The notes under the pieces: model-generated
Database searches by the model: none
What the model was told of the DNA's origin: nothing
The model's input: the letters and a program-made list of their open reading frames with translations, nothing else
Shown here: in pieces, positions 51,992 through 64,000 of the stretch
Position numbering within the stretch: the stretch's first letter is position 1
Layout: the number at the start of each line of letters is the position of its first letter
Translations under genes and position numbers: made by a program
Assembly (NCBI RefSeq): GCF_053078305.1
Contig: NZ_CP166879.1
Strand: one strand, 5' to 3'
Length of the DNA stretch: 64,000 nt

Positions 51992-53194
51992 TTACAGCAC
52001 CAGTGCTGCGATTGACGCAGACAGCACACTCACCAGGGTAGAGCCGTAAACCAGCTTCAGACCGAAGCGAGAAACCACGTTACCTTGCTCTTCATTCAGG
52101 CCTTTAACTGCACCTGCGATAATCCCGATTGAAGAGAAGTTAGCGAAGGAAACCAGGAACACAGAGATGATGCCTTCAGCACGTGGAGAGAGTGTAGAGG
52201 CAATTTTCTGCAGATCCATCATCGCAACGAACTCGTTGGAAACCAGTTTGGTCGCCATGATACTGCCCACTTGCAGTGCTTCACTGGAAGGAACACCCAT
52301 CACCCATGCAATCGGATAGAAGATGTAGCCCAGGATGCCCTGGAAGGAGATGCTGTAGCCAAACCAGCCAGTCACGGTAGCAAACAGTGCGTTCAGCGCG
52401 GCGATCAGGGCGATAAAGCCGATCAGCATCGCGGCAACGATAATGGCAACTTTGAAACCTGCCAGAATGTATTCACCCAGCATTTCGAAGAAGCTCTGAC
52501 CTTCGTGCAGGTTGGACATCTGAATGTTTTCTTCACTGGCATCAACACGGTAAGGGTTGATCAGCGACAGCACGATAAAGGTGCTGAACATATTCAGTAC
52601 CAGCGCTGCAACGACATATTTCGGCTCCAGCATGGTCATGTATGCACCAACGATGGACATAGAAACGGTGGACATCGCCGTTGCTGCCATGGTGTACATA
52701 CGATTACGGGAGATTTTGCCGAGGATATCTTTATAGGCAATAAAGTTTTCAGACTGACCCAGAATCAGAGAGCTGACGGCGTTAAAGGATTCCAGTTTGC
52801 CCATACCGTTGACTTTGGAGAGCAGGAAACCAATTGCGCGGATAATCACCGGTAACACGCGAATGTGCTGGAGAATACCGATCAGTGCAGAGATAAAGAC
52901 GATTGGGCACAGCACTTTCAGGAAGAAGAATGCCAGGCCTTGATCATTCATGCTACCAAAGACGAAGTTAGTCCCTTCGTTGGCAAATCCGAGCAGTTTT
53001 TCGAACATTTCGGAGAAGCCTTTCACGAAGCCTAAACCAACGTCGGAGTTCAGGAAGAACCACGCCAGTAACACTTCGATAACAAGCAATTGAATAACAT
53101 AACGGATACGAATTTTTTTGCGGTCGCTGCTTACCAGCAGTGCGAGAATCGCAACAACGGCAAGTGCCAGTACAAAATGAAGGACGCGGTCCAT
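51992..53194 (-). CDS. nupC: nucleoside:H+ symporter NupC
   Basis: In frame of ORF 51992..53233; start at ATG 53194 ([17 protein letters not shown]), 400 aa. Confidence 0.95.
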
Positions 53195-53289
53195 ATTTGC
53201 TCCAAATATGAGGCAGGTTAAATTTCCGTGCACATTCTATGTAACATGGTTAAGGAAAACGAGATCTGACACACACTATAATGACGTCC

Positions 53290-53305
53290 TGTGACAAGCT
53301 TCAAA
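53290..53305. promoter_or_regulatory. candidate CRP site (TGTGA-N6-TCAAA) in nupC upstream region
   Basis: One-mismatch match to TGTGA-N6-TCACA about 100 nt upstream of nupC; nupC is a known CRP/CytR-controlled gene. Confidence 0.3.
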
Positions 53306-53464
53306 AATAGTGAGCTGTCATACATTTCTGCTATGTTGTGTATGGAAGCTGAAAGTTATGTAAATGTGCTAACATTAAACATAACCATAACATTCAAGTC
53401 ATCAATCTTTTCGTAGTCATAATCCTGGTCTATCAGAGAAATCACCACAATCCATTTAAATGAA

Positions 53465-53481
53465 TTTGATAATCATTCTCG
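53465..53481. promoter_or_regulatory. Fur box-like sequence upstream of mntH
   Basis: TTTGATAATCATTCTCG resembles GATAATGATAATCATTATC. Confidence 0.5.
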
Positions 53482-53495
53482 TTTGACATAGCATG

Positions 53496-53517
53496 AAACA
53501 TAGCAAAGGCTATGTTT
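53496..53517. promoter_or_regulatory. MntR operator (perfect inverted repeat AAACATAGC-N4-GCTATGTTT) just upstream of mntH
   Basis: Palindrome read directly from sequence 13 nt before the mntH start; matches the MntR box recalled for mntH. Confidence 0.8.
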
Positions 53518-53520
53518 TAG

Positions 53521-54768
<1,248 letters not shown>

Positions 54769-54795
54769 TTGAATGAGCGTCGCATCTGGCACTAT

Positions 54796-54886
<91 letters not shown>

Positions 54887-54908
54887 TGTGCTCCATTGGC
54901 GAATGTGT

Positions 54909-55235
54909 TTAATGGCGGTGTCCATGTCCGCGGCCTTTTCCGCGATGATCGTCACGATCGCGCCAGCCTTCACGATAGCCACGCTCATATGCTTTACGCT
55001 TATCCCAGCCACGATGGTAGCCATTATCATGACGCCACCAGCGGTTTTTACGCCATTCATAATTGCGATGCCAGTAGTCACGGTCGCGCCAGTGACCACC
55101 GTCCCAGTAATTACCGTAATGATCGCGATCGCCAATTTGTAATTTGATTGATGGCAGTAGGGTGATTTCGCCTGCGTTTGCTGCAAGCGGGGTAAATGCC
55201 ATCAGGGCGGCCGCCAGAAACAGTGACCTGAACAT
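54909..55235 (-). CDS. ypeC: secreted Arg/Asp/His/Trp-rich protein YpeC (DUF2502-type)
   Basis: 108 aa; signal peptide [21 protein letters not shown]; C-terminal [10 protein letters not shown]. Confidence 0.85.
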
Positions 55236-55285
55236 TGTTATTCTCCTTCACGATCGAAGCCGTCAGCGGCCTGTTAACGCAATAT

Positions 55286-55307
55286 TACGGGGAGGTAAAG
55301 CCCCGTA
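55286..55307 (-). terminator. putative terminator hairpin after yfeO
   Basis: TACGGGG-N8-CCCCGTA inverted repeat in the yfeO-ypeC gap. Confidence 0.4.
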
Positions 55308-55349
55308 TCATCGCCATAACTCTTAAATCATAAAGGAGAGCATTTTTTG

Positions 55350-56606
55350 CTAAACGTTATCGTGGGGGGGCTGTTGCTTCGGACGATTGACCATCATCAT
55401 CGGCTTACCTGCTAATAACAGCCATGCCGGAAGCATGACGATACAGAGCAGCGGTAGCAATGTGGTATTGGGTACAACGACTGCCGCCATAAAAAGGCTT
55501 AACCAGCCATCGCGTGTTACCACCAGCACGATGCCGAGAATAGCGCAGGAAACGGTTATTGCCGCTGGAACGGCGGGGACGTGCTCATGCAGCATCAACC
55601 CTAATGCCACGCCGACGAACACTGCCGGGAAAATTCGTCCACCGCGAAAGCCACTGGCGGCAGCAACGACCAGGGCGGTCAGTTTAATCACCGCCAGCAA
55701 AAAGTAATCGCTGGTGCTGAAAGCCTGATTTGCCACCATCTGCTGCATCTCATCCAGCCCTTTAAACAGCGAAACTGGTCCACCAATAACCCCCAGAATA
55801 CCGAGAATAAATCCGCCAATACCCAGCACGAGCACCGGATTTTTCATTTGATGCATCATCGCGTGCAACCGTGGTAAGCACCATACGGCGACCATCCCTG
55901 CTGCGATGGCAATCGCCGCGACAATTGCACCGCTGAGAATATCGGTCATTTCCATCTGTCCGTAATGCGCAATGGGCAGTGAAAAATGGGGATGGAAAAA
56001 TAATCCGGTAGTAAGTGCACCAGCTGCTGCCGCCATTAACGGCGCAAAAAGACGATCCCATAGCGGAACTTCACTACTGCCATTTAAGGTTTGCGAAAAT
56101 ATCAACGCCGCCGCAACAGGTGTACCAAACAGCGCGCCGATGGTTCCGGCAGAGGCTAAAATAGTCCACTCCATTCGGTTGACGCGCGGTAACAGACGAG
56201 CGCCAATGGCAACCGCAAGGGCGATATTGACGGTCATGATCGGATGTTCCGGCCCCAGGCTGACGCCGCCAGCAAGACCGAGAATTAATGCTACGATAAG
56301 TCCTGGTAGCGCAGAGGGCGGAACCGGTGCGCCGATCAGCGGTTCACAGGCGGGGTCTGGTCCGGCATGACCCTGGCTGAAACGGATAACCAACCCCACC
56401 GCAATACCCGTTAGCGTTAATACACCGATGATCCAGAGGGGTGAATCCTGGGCTATCCCCAGAGTTCCCGGCAGTCGTTGCCAGAGCAAATTCTGTAATA
56501 CCGAGGCGATTTTCATCACCACAATCAGAATAAGACTGGACGCAATCCCAATTGCCACGGCGGGGAGCGATAATAACAACATGGTTCTGGCTCGCGGATG
56601 GAGCAT
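55350..56606 (-). CDS. yfeO: putative ion-channel / transporter membrane protein YfeO (ClC-like fold)
   Basis: 418 aa highly hydrophobic. Confidence 0.93.
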   Translation of the reverse strand: MLHPRARTMLLLSLPAVAIGIASSLILIVVMKIASVLQNLLWQRLPGTLGIAQDSPLWIIGVLTLTGIAVGLVIRFSQGHAGPDPACEPLIGAPVPPSALPGLIVALILGLAGGVSLGPEHPIMTVNIALAVAIGARLLPRVNRMEWTILASAGTIGALFGTPVAAALIFSQTLNGSSEVPLWDRLFAPLMAAAAGALTTGLFFHPHFSLPIAHYGQMEMTDILSGAIVAAIAIAAGMVAVWCLPRLHAMMHQMKNPVLVLGIGGFILGILGVIGGPVSLFKGLDEMQQMVANQAFSTSDYFLLAVIKLTALVVAAASGFRGGRIFPAVFVGVALGLMLHEHVPAVPAAITVSCAILGIVLVVTRDGWLSLFMAAVVVPNTTLLPLLCIVMLPAWLLLAGKPMMMVNRPKQQPPHDNV

Positions 56607-56809
56607 GTTCTATTCCTTATGCGGGGTCAGATACTTAGTTTGCCCAGCTTGCAAAAAGGCATCGCTGCAATTGGTGCTGAAACGATAAAGTAATTGTGTG
56701 ACCCAGATCGATATTTACAGGGAGCCTGCCTTTCCGGCGTTGTTGTTATGCCCCCAGGTATTTACAGTGTGAGAAAGAATTATTTTGACTTTAGCGGAGC
56801 AGTTGAAGA

Positions 56810-57775
56810 ATGACAAAGTATGCATTAGTCGGTGATGTGGGCGGCACCAACGCACGTCTTGCTCTGTGTGATATTGCCAGTGGTGAAATCTCGCAGGCTA
56901 AGACCTATTCAGGGCTTGATTACCCCAGCCTCGAAGCGGTCATTCGCGTTTATCTTGAAGAACATAAGGTCGAGGTGAAAGACGGCTGTATTGCCATCGC
57001 TTGCCCAATTACCGGTGACTGGGTGGCAATGACCAACCATACCTGGGCGTTCTCAATTGCCGAAATGAAAAAGAATCTCGGTTTTAGCCATCTGGAAATT
57101 ATTAACGATTTTACCGCTGTATCGATGGCGATCCCGATGCTGAAAAAAGAGCATCTGATTCAGTTTGGTGGCGCAGAGCCGATAGAAGGTAAGCCTATTG
57201 CGGTTTACGGTGCCGGAACGGGGCTTGGGGTTGCGCATCTGGTCCATGTCGATAAGCGTTGGGTAAGCTTGCCGGGCGAAGGCGGTCACGTTGATTTTGC
57301 GCCGAATAGTGAAGAAGAGGCCATTATCCTCGAAATATTGCGTGCGGAAATTGGTCATGTTTCGGCGGAACGCGTGCTTTCTGGCCCAGGGCTGGTGAAT
57401 TTGTATCGCGCAATTGTGAAAGCTGACAACCGCCTGCCAGAAAATCTCAAGCCAAAAGATATTACCGAACGCGCGCTGGCTGACAGCTGCACCGATTGCC
57501 GCCGTGCGTTGTCGCTGTTTTGCGTCATTATGGGCCGTTTTGGCGGCAATCTGGCGCTCAATCTCGGGACATTTGGCGGCGTGTTTATTGCGGGCGGTAT
57601 CGTGCCGCGCTTCCTTGAGTTCTTCAAAGCCTCTGGTTTCCGTGCCGCATTTGAAGATAAAGGGCGCTTTAAAGAATATGTCCATGATATTCCGGTGTAT
57701 CTCATCGTCCATGACAATCCGGGTCTTCTCGGTTCCGGTGCACATTTACGCCAGACCTTAGGTCACATTCTGTAA
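56810..57775 (+). CDS. glk: glucokinase
   Basis: 321 aa [21 protein letters not shown]. Confidence 0.98.
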   Translation: MTKYALVGDVGGTNARLALCDIASGEISQAKTYSGLDYPSLEAVIRVYLEEHKVEVKDGCIAIACPITGDWVAMTNHTWAFSIAEMKKNLGFSHLEIINDFTAVSMAIPMLKKEHLIQFGGAEPIEGKPIAVYGAGTGLGVAHLVHVDKRWVSLPGEGGHVDFAPNSEEEAIILEILRAEIGHVSAERVLSGPGLVNLYRAIVKADNRLPENLKPKDITERALADSCTDCRRALSLFCVIMGRFGGNLALNLGTFGGVFIAGGIVPRFLEFFKASGFRAAFEDKGRFKEYVHDIPVYLIVHDNPGLLGSGAHLRQTLGHIL

Positions 57776-57790
57776 ATCCTTCCTGTTATA

Positions 57791-57819
57791 TCGGGAGGTA
57801 ACTCTCCCGATAATCTTTT
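57791..57819 (+). terminator. intrinsic terminator after glk
   Basis: TCGGGAG-GTAACT-CTCCCGA followed by TAATCTTTT. Confidence 0.6.
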
Positions 57820-57993
57820 AAATCATACAGTTAATTCAATTTTTCTTTGTGTCCCCTCACAAGGCCGACCTGCGTCACACTTCCGTACAGCGGGATTAAT
57901 TCTCCAGTAAATGCATTATTTGTCTGGTAACGGCGATTTGTTTTGCACGTTCATAATTTCACTCGTCAACTATCACTGAACGAGGAATTAACG

Positions 57994-58320
57994 ATGAGTA
58001 AGAAACTGATTGCCTTATGTGCCTGCCCGATGGGCCTGGCTCACACCTTTATGGCCGCTCAGGCGCTGGAAGAAGCAGCGGTAGAAGCCGGTTATGAAGT
58101 GAAAATTGAAACCCAGGGCGCGGACGGTATCCAGAATCGCCTGACGGCGCAGGATATCGCCGAAGCGACCATCATCATCCACTCCGTGGCAGTTACCCCG
58201 GAAGATAACGAACGTTTCGAATCACGCGACGTTTATGAAATCACTTTGCAGGACGCAATTAAAAACGCTGCGGGCATCATCAAAGAAATCGAAGAGATGA
58301 TTGCCTCTGAACAACAGTAA
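57994..58320 (+). CDS. fryB: PTS fructose-like EIIB component
   Basis: In frame of ORF 57943..58320; start at ATG 57994 (MSKKLIALCACPMGLAHTFMAA, active-site Cys), 108 aa. Confidence 0.9.
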   Translation: MSKKLIALCACPMGLAHTFMAAQALEEAAVEAGYEVKIETQGADGIQNRLTAQDIAEATIIIHSVAVTPEDNERFESRDVYEITLQDAIKNAAGIIKEIEEMIASEQQ

Positions 58321-58341
58321 TATTCGACAGGGATAATTGTT

Positions 58342-59589
58342 ATGGCCATTAAAAAACGCAGTGCAACCGTTGTGCCTGGCGCATCCGGTGCGGCAGCGGC
58401 AGTTAAGAATCCGCAGGCCTCTAAAACCAGCTTCTGGGGTGAACTCCCGCAGCATGTGATGTCAGGGATTTCACGCATGGTGCCGACCTTAATTATGGGC
58501 GGTGTGATCCTCGCTTTCAGCCAGTTGATTGCTTATAGCTGGCTTAAAATTCCTGCTGAGATCGGCATCATGGATGCTCTTAATAGCGGGAAATTCTCCG
58601 GTTTCGACCTCTCCTTACTTAAATTTGCCTGGCTGTCGCAGTCCTTCGGCGGCGTGTTGTTTGGTTTTGCCATTCCGATGTTTGCTGCATTTGTGGCGAA
58701 CTCTATCGGTGGCAAACTGGCGTTCCCGGCTGGTTTTATCGGCGGCTTGATGTCTACCCAGCCGACGCAACTGCTGAACTTCGATCCCAGCACTATGCAA
58801 TGGGCGACCTCTTCGCCGGTGCCGTCCACCTTCATTGGTGCGCTGATTATATCTATCGTTGCTGGTTACCTTGTGAAATGGATGAACCAGAAAATCCAGT
58901 TACCGGATTTCCTGTTAGCGTTCAAAACCACATTTTTGCTACCGATTCTTTCCGCCATTTTTGTCATGCTGGCGATGTACTACGTCATCACCCCCTTTGG
59001 GGGCTGGATCAACGGCGGTATCCGTACTGTGCTGACTGCCGCAGGTGAGAAGGGCGCGCTGATGTACGCAATGGGGATCGCCGCGGCGACAGCAATCGAC
59101 CTTGGTGGCCCGATCAACAAAGCCGCAGGTTTTGTTGCCTTCAGCTTTACCACTGACCACGTATTACCGGTCACCGCACGTTCTATCGCTATCGTTATTC
59201 CGCCGATTGGTCTGGGTCTGGCGACCATTATCGACCGTCGTTTAACCGGCAAACGCCTGTTCAGCGCACAACTTTATCCGCAGGGTAAGACCGCGATGTT
59301 CCTTGCCTTTATGGGGATCAGTGAGGGTGCGATTCCGTTTGCGCTGGAAAGCCCCATCACCGCCATTCCGTCGTATATGGTCGGCGCGATTGTCGGCTCA
59401 ACCGCCGCTGTCTGGCTGGGCGCAGTGCAATGGTTCCCGGAATCCGCTATCTGGGCATGGCCGCTGGTCACTAACCTGGGCGTCTATATGGCGGGGATCG
59501 CGCTGGGGGCAGTCATAACTGCGCTGATGGTGGTGTTCCTGCGTCTGATGATGTTCCGTAAAGGCAAATTGTTAATCGATAGCCTGTAA
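58342..59589 (+). CDS. fryC: PTS fructose-like EIIC permease
   Basis: 415 aa polytopic membrane protein. Confidence 0.93.
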   Translation: MAIKKRSATVVPGASGAAAAVKNPQASKTSFWGELPQHVMSGISRMVPTLIMGGVILAFSQLIAYSWLKIPAEIGIMDALNSGKFSGFDLSLLKFAWLSQSFGGVLFGFAIPMFAAFVANSIGGKLAFPAGFIGGLMSTQPTQLLNFDPSTMQWATSSPVPSTFIGALIISIVAGYLVKWMNQKIQLPDFLLAFKTTFLLPILSAIFVMLAMYYVITPFGGWINGGIRTVLTAAGEKGALMYAMGIAAATAIDLGGPINKAAGFVAFSFTTDHVLPVTARSIAIVIPPIGLGLATIIDRRLTGKRLFSAQLYPQGKTAMFLAFMGISEGAIPFALESPITAIPSYMVGAIVGSTAAVWLGAVQWFPESAIWAWPLVTNLGVYMAGIALGAVITALMVVFLRLMMFRKGKLLIDSL

Positions 59590-59603
59590 GAAGGAAAATC
59601 CAG

Positions 59604-60689
59604 ATGACATTACTCGCTTCGCTGCGCGACTGGCTTAAGGCGCAACAACTGGATGCGGTGCTTCTCTCCTCACGGCAGAACAAACAGCCGCATCTGGGGA
59701 TCTCCACCGGATCAGGCTATGTGCTGATTAGCCGTGAAAGTGCGCACATTCTGGTGGACTCGCGCTATTACGCGGATGTAGAAGCCCGCACGCAAGGTTA
59801 CCAGCTGCATTTGCTTGACGCGACGCACACGCTTACAACCATCGCCAGGCAAATCATTGCCGATGAGCAGTTGCAAACGCTCGGTTTTGAAGGCCAGCAG
59901 GTGAGTTGGGAAACCGCGCACCGCTGGCAGTCTGAACTCAATGCGAAACTGGTAAGCGCCACGCCGGATGTGCTGCGGCAAATCAAAACGCCAGAGGAGG
60001 TGGAGAAAATCCGCCTTGCCTGTGGGATTGCCGATCGCGGTGCAGAGCATATTCGCCGCTTTATTCAGGCGGGGATGAGCGAGCGCGAGATAGCCGCTGA
60101 ACTGGAGTGGTTTATGCGCCAGCAGGGCGCAGAAAAAACCTCTTTTGACACCATTGTCGCCAGTGGCTGGCGTGGGGCGCTGCCGCACGGCAAAGCCAGC
60201 GACAAGATTGTTGCAGCGGGCGAGTTTGTCACTCTCGATTTCGGTGCGCTGTATCAGGGCTACTGCTCTGATATGACGCGCACCTTGCTGGTGAATGGCG
60301 AAGGGGTGAGCGCCGAATCTCATCCGCTGTTTAACGTCTATCAGATTGTTTTGCAGGCACAGCTCGCAGCAATCTCTGCAATTCGCCCCGGCGTGCGCTG
60401 CCAGCAGGCTGACGACGCCGCGCGCCGGGTGATTACCGAGGCAGGATTTGGCGACTATTTTGGTCACAACACCGATCATGCTATTGGCATTGAAGTACAC
60501 GAAGATCCGCGCTTTTCACCGCGGGATACCACGACGCTACAGCCAGGCATGTTACTGACCGTGGAGCCGGGGATTTATTTGCCAGGGCAAGGGGGCGTGC
60601 GCATCGAGGATGTTGTGCTGGTCACCCCGCAAGGCGCAGAAGTGCTCTACGCCATGCCGAAAACAGTGTTGCTCACGGGAGAGGCATAA
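59604..60689 (+). CDS. ypdF: Xaa-Pro aminopeptidase (M24 family)
   Basis: 361 aa; creatinase/prolidase N-domain plus metal-binding C-domain. Confidence 0.93.
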   Translation: MTLLASLRDWLKAQQLDAVLLSSRQNKQPHLGISTGSGYVLISRESAHILVDSRYYADVEARTQGYQLHLLDATHTLTTIARQIIADEQLQTLGFEGQQVSWETAHRWQSELNAKLVSATPDVLRQIKTPEEVEKIRLACGIADRGAEHIRRFIQAGMSEREIAAELEWFMRQQGAEKTSFDTIVASGWRGALPHGKASDKIVAAGEFVTLDFGALYQGYCSDMTRTLLVNGEGVSAESHPLFNVYQIVLQAQLAAISAIRPGVRCQQADDAARRVITEAGFGDYFGHNTDHAIGIEVHEDPRFSPRDTTTLQPGMLLTVEPGIYLPGQGGVRIEDVVLVTPQGAEVLYAMPKTVLLTGEA

Positions 60690-61726
60690 TGGATTTATCG
60701 CTATTAAAAGCGTTGAGCGAGGCAGATGCGATCGCCTCCTCGGAACAGGAAGTGCGGCAGATCCTGCTGGAAGAAGCGGATCGCCTGCAAAAAGAAGTGC
60801 GATTTGATGGTCTGGGATCGGTGCTGATCCGCCTCAATGAATCGACAGGTCCGAAAGTGATGATCTGTGCGCATATGGACGAAGTTGGATTTATGGTGCG
60901 CAGTATCTCCCGCGAAGGCGCAATTGATGTGCTGCCGGTTGGCAACGTGCGCATGGCTGCCCGCCAGCTGCAGCCGGTGCGCATCACCACCCGTGAAGAG
61001 TGCAAAATTCCAGGCCTGCTTGACGGCGACCGGCAGGGGAATGATGTCAGCGCCATGCGCGTGGATATTGGCGCGCGCTCGTATGACGAAGTGATGCAGG
61101 CGGGAATTCGTCCAGGCGATCGCGTCACGTTCGATACCACTTTTCAGGTTCTCCCCCACCAGCGGGTGATGGGGAAAGCCTTTGATGACCGCCTCGGTTG
61201 CTATCTGCTGGTGACGTTACTACGTGAGCTGCACGACGCCGAACTGCCTGCGGAAGTGTGGCTGGTGGCAAGTTCCAGCGAAGAGGTGGGATTACGCGGC
61301 GGGCAAACTGCCACCCGCGCGGTGTCGCCGGACGTCGCCATTGTCCTTGATACCGCCTGCTGGGCGAAAAACTTTGATTATGGCGCGGCTAACCATCGCC
61401 AGATTGGTAACGGCCCGATGCTGGTGTTAAGCGACAAGTCACTGATTGCGCCGCCAAAACTCACCGCCTGGATCGAAACCGTGGCGGCAGAAATTGGCGT
61501 GCCGTTACAGGCGGATATGTTCAGTAACGGCGGCACGGACGGTGGAGCGGTGCACTTAACCGGTACCGGCGTACCCACAGTGGTGATGGGGCCTGCCACC
61601 CGCCACGGACATTGCGCCGCGTCGATTGCCGATTGCCGCGACATTTTGCAGATGCAGCAGCTTTTATCTGCCCTTATTCAACGTCTTACGCGTGAGACGG
61701 TTGTTCAACTGACGGATTTCAGATGA
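60689..61726 (+). CDS. ypdE: M42-family metallo-aminopeptidase
   Basis: 345 aa; start overlaps ypdF stop. Confidence 0.93.
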   Translation: MDLSLLKALSEADAIASSEQEVRQILLEEADRLQKEVRFDGLGSVLIRLNESTGPKVMICAHMDEVGFMVRSISREGAIDVLPVGNVRMAARQLQPVRITTREECKIPGLLDGDRQGNDVSAMRVDIGARSYDEVMQAGIRPGDRVTFDTTFQVLPHQRVMGKAFDDRLGCYLLVTLLRELHDAELPAEVWLVASSSEEVGLRGGQTATRAVSPDVAIVLDTACWAKNFDYGAANHRQIGNGPMLVLSDKSLIAPPKLTAWIETVAAEIGVPLQADMFSNGGTDGGAVHLTGTGVPTVVMGPATRHGHCAASIADCRDILQMQQLLSALIQRLTRETVVQLTDFR

Positions 61727-61750
61727 TCTCCTGATTAACCCGGAGCGGTT

Positions 61751-64000
61751 ATGTTAACGATTCAATTTCTCTGTCCTTTGCCAAATGGTCTACATGCTCG
61801 TCCGGCGTGGGAGCTTAAAGAGCAGTGCAGCCAGTGGCAAAGCGAAATCACTTTTATTAACCATCGCCAGAACGCAAAGGCCGATGCCAAAAGCTCGCTG
61901 GCGCTGATTGGCACCGGCACCTTATTTAATGACAGTTGCAGCCTGAACATTAGCGGCAGCGATGAAGAGCAGGCGCGGCGCGTGCTGGAAGAGTACATCC
62001 AGGTGCGCTTTATCGACAGCGACAGCATCCAGCCAACGCAGGCAGAACTGACGGCGCATCCGCTGCCGCGTTCATTAAGTCGCCTGAACCCTGATTTACT
62101 GTATGGCAATGTGCTGGCAAGCGGCGTCGGTGTGGGGACGCTGACCCTGTTACAGAGCGACAGCCTCGACAGTTACCGGGCGATCCCCGCCAGTGCGCAA
62201 GATTCCACCCGGCTGGAGCACAGCCTGGCAACGCTTGCCGAGCAATTGAACCAGCAATTGCGTGAGCGTGACGGCGAAAGCAAAACTATCCTCAGCGCCC
62301 ATTTGTCGCTGATTCAGGATGATGAATTCGCGGGCAATATCCGTCGCCTGATGACAGAACAACATCAGGGGCTGGGGGCGGCGATTATCAGCAATATGGA
62401 GCAGGTTTGCGCCAAACTTTCTGCTTCTGCCAGTGATTATCTGCGCGAACGTGTTAGCGACATTCGCGATATCAGCGAACAGTTACTGCATATCACCTGG
62501 CCGGAACTGAAGCCGCGCAACAATCTGGTGCTGGAAAAACCGACTATTCTGGTGGCCGAGGATTTAACCCCAAGCCAGTTTTTAAGCCTGGATTTAAAAA
62601 ATCTTGCGGGCATGATTCTGGAGAAAACCGGGCGCACCTCGCATACCCTGATTCTGGCCCGCGCCTCGGCGATCCCGGTACTGAGCGGCCTGCCGCTGGA
62701 TGCGATTGCCCGTTATGCCGGGCAACCTGCAGTGCTTGACGCCCAGTGCGGCGTGCTGGCGATTAACCTGAATGACGCGGTGAGCGGTTATTATCAGGTC
62801 GCGCAGACGCTGGCGGATAAACGCCAAAAACAACAGGCGCAGGCTGCCGCGCAGCTGGCTTATTCCCGTGATAACAAGCGTATTGATATCGCGGCGAATA
62901 TTGGCACCGCTCTGGAAGCGCCTGGCGCGTTTGCCAACGGCGCGGAAGGCGTCGGGCTGTTCCGTACCGAAATGCTCTATATGGATCGCGACAGCGCGCC
63001 GGACGAGCAGGAGCAATTTGAAGCCTACCAGCAGGTGCTACTGGCAGCGGGCGACAAGCCGATTATCTTCCGCACAATGGACATCGGAGGCGATAAAAGC
63101 ATTCCTTATCTGAATATTCCCCAGGAAGAGAACCCGTTCCTCGGCTATCGCGCGGTACGTATTTACCCGGAATTTGCTGGCCTGTTCCGCACTCAACTGC
63201 GGGCCATTTTGCGCGCCGCCAGTTTCGGCAACGCCCAGTTGATGATCCCGATGGTCCACAGCCTCGATCAGATCTTATGGGTGAAGGGCGAGATCCAAAA
63301 AGCGATCGTTGAGCTTAAGCGCGATGGCCTGCGTCATGCAGAGACGATTACGCTGGGTATCATGGTGGAAGTGCCGTCGGTGTGCTACATCATCGATCAC
63401 TTCTGCGATGAGGTCGATTTCTTCAGTATCGGCTCCAACGATATGACCCAGTATCTGTATGCGGTCGATCGTAATAACCCGCGCGTATCGCCGCTATATA
63501 ACCCGATTACGCCATCGTTCCTGCGCATGTTGCAGCAAATAGTTACCACTGCGCATCAGCGGGGCAAATGGGTAGGCATTTGCGGTGAACTGGGCGGTGA
63601 AAGCCGTTATCTGCCGCTACTGCTTGGGCTGGGCCTGGATGAGCTGAGTATGAGTAGCCCGCGCATTCCGGCGGTGAAAAGCCAGCTTCGTCAACTGGAT
63701 AGCGAGGCGTGTCGGGAACTGGCACGTCAGGCGTGTGAATGTCGCAGCGCGCAGGAAATTGAAGCGTTACTCACCGCCTTTACGCCGGAAGAAGACGTTC
63801 GCCCGCTGCTGGCGCTGGAGAATATCTTCGTTGATCAGGCCTTTAGCAATAAAGAGCAGGCGATCCAGTTCCTGTGCGGTAACCTCGGCGTTAACGGGCG
63901 CACTGAACATCCGTTCGAGCTGGAAGAGGATGTCTGGCAGCGGGAAGAGATTGTCACCACTGGCGTTGGTTTTGGCGTGGCGATCCCGCACACCAAATCT
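61751..64000 (+). CDS. fryA: PTS multiphosphoryl transfer protein (fused HPr-like, EI-like and EIIA-like domains), N-terminal 750 codons; continues past window end
   Basis: ATG 61751 (MLTIQFLCPLPNGLHARPAWELKEQ...), frame open to position 64000; not in ORF track because no stop in window. Confidence 0.9.
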   Translation, partial: MLTIQFLCPLPNGLHARPAWELKEQCSQWQSEITFINHRQNAKADAKSSLALIGTGTLFNDSCSLNISGSDEEQARRVLEEYIQVRFIDSDSIQPTQAELTAHPLPRSLSRLNPDLLYGNVLASGVGVGTLTLLQSDSLDSYRAIPASAQDSTRLEHSLATLAEQLNQQLRERDGESKTILSAHLSLIQDDEFAGNIRRLMTEQHQGLGAAIISNMEQVCAKLSASASDYLRERVSDIRDISEQLLHITWPELKPRNNLVLEKPTILVAEDLTPSQFLSLDLKNLAGMILEKTGRTSHTLILARASAIPVLSGLPLDAIARYAGQPAVLDAQCGVLAINLNDAVSGYYQVAQTLADKRQKQQAQAAAQLAYSRDNKRIDIAANIGTALEAPGAFANGAEGVGLFRTEMLYMDRDSAPDEQEQFEAYQQVLLAAGDKPIIFRTMDIGGDKSIPYLNIPQEENPFLGYRAVRIYPEFAGLFRTQLRAILRAASFGNAQLMIPMVHSLDQILWVKGEIQKAIVELKRDGLRHAETITLGIMVEVPSVCYIIDHFCDEVDFFSIGSNDMTQYLYAVDRNNPRVSPLYNPITPSFLRMLQQIVTTAHQRGKWVGICGELGGESRYLPLLLGLGLDELSMSSPRIPAVKSQLRQLDSEACRELARQACECRSAQEIEALLTAFTPEEDVRPLLALENIFVDQAFSNKEQAIQFLCGNLGVNGRTEHPFELEEDVWQREEIVTTGVGFGVAIPHTKS

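Overview
This 64 kb window is a gene-dense segment of core Escherichia coli chromosome (Shigella not excluded), syntenic with the K-12 tktB-talA / maeB / eut / cys / pts / gltX / glk region but in inverted orientation. I found no mobile elements, CRISPR arrays, integrases or recognisable defence or secretion systems, and no convincing previously undescribed system. Left to right: the 5' part of talA (-); maeB (+); an uninterrupted 17-gene ethanolamine-utilisation microcompartment operon eutSPQTDMNEJGHABCLKR (+); hemF-amiA (-); ypeA, yfeZ, yfeY, yfeX (+); murQ-murP-yfeW (-) with divergent murR (+); ucpA and cysPUWA-cysM (+); yfeK (-); pdxK (+); crr-ptsI-ptsH and cysK, cysZ (-); zipA-ligA-ypeB (+); yfeH (-); yfeR (+); a small FlxA-like ORF (-); tRNA cluster valU-valX-valY-lysV (-); gltX (+); yfeD-yfeC (-); three tandem tRNA-Ala(GGC) genes (+); pdeA/yfeA (+); nupC (-); mntH (+); ypeC, yfeO (-); glk (+); and fryB-fryC-ypdF-ypdE-fryA (+, fryA runs off the window end). 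Gene calls rest on reading the translated ORFs and recognising well-known protein families; no database search was run. The most notable observations are strain-level differences from the K-12 MG1655 map as I recall it: no CPZ-55 prophage between eutA and eutB, no yfeS between cysM and yfeK, no xapRBA-yfeN between yfeR and lysV (a 113-aa FlxA-like ORF sits there instead), and three rather than two tandem tRNA-Ala(GGC) genes. These comparisons are from memory and need an alignment to confirm. Several REP/BIME clusters, intrinsic terminators, consensus tRNA promoters and known operator sites (MntR/Fur at mntH, Mlc at ptsH) are visible directly in the sequence.
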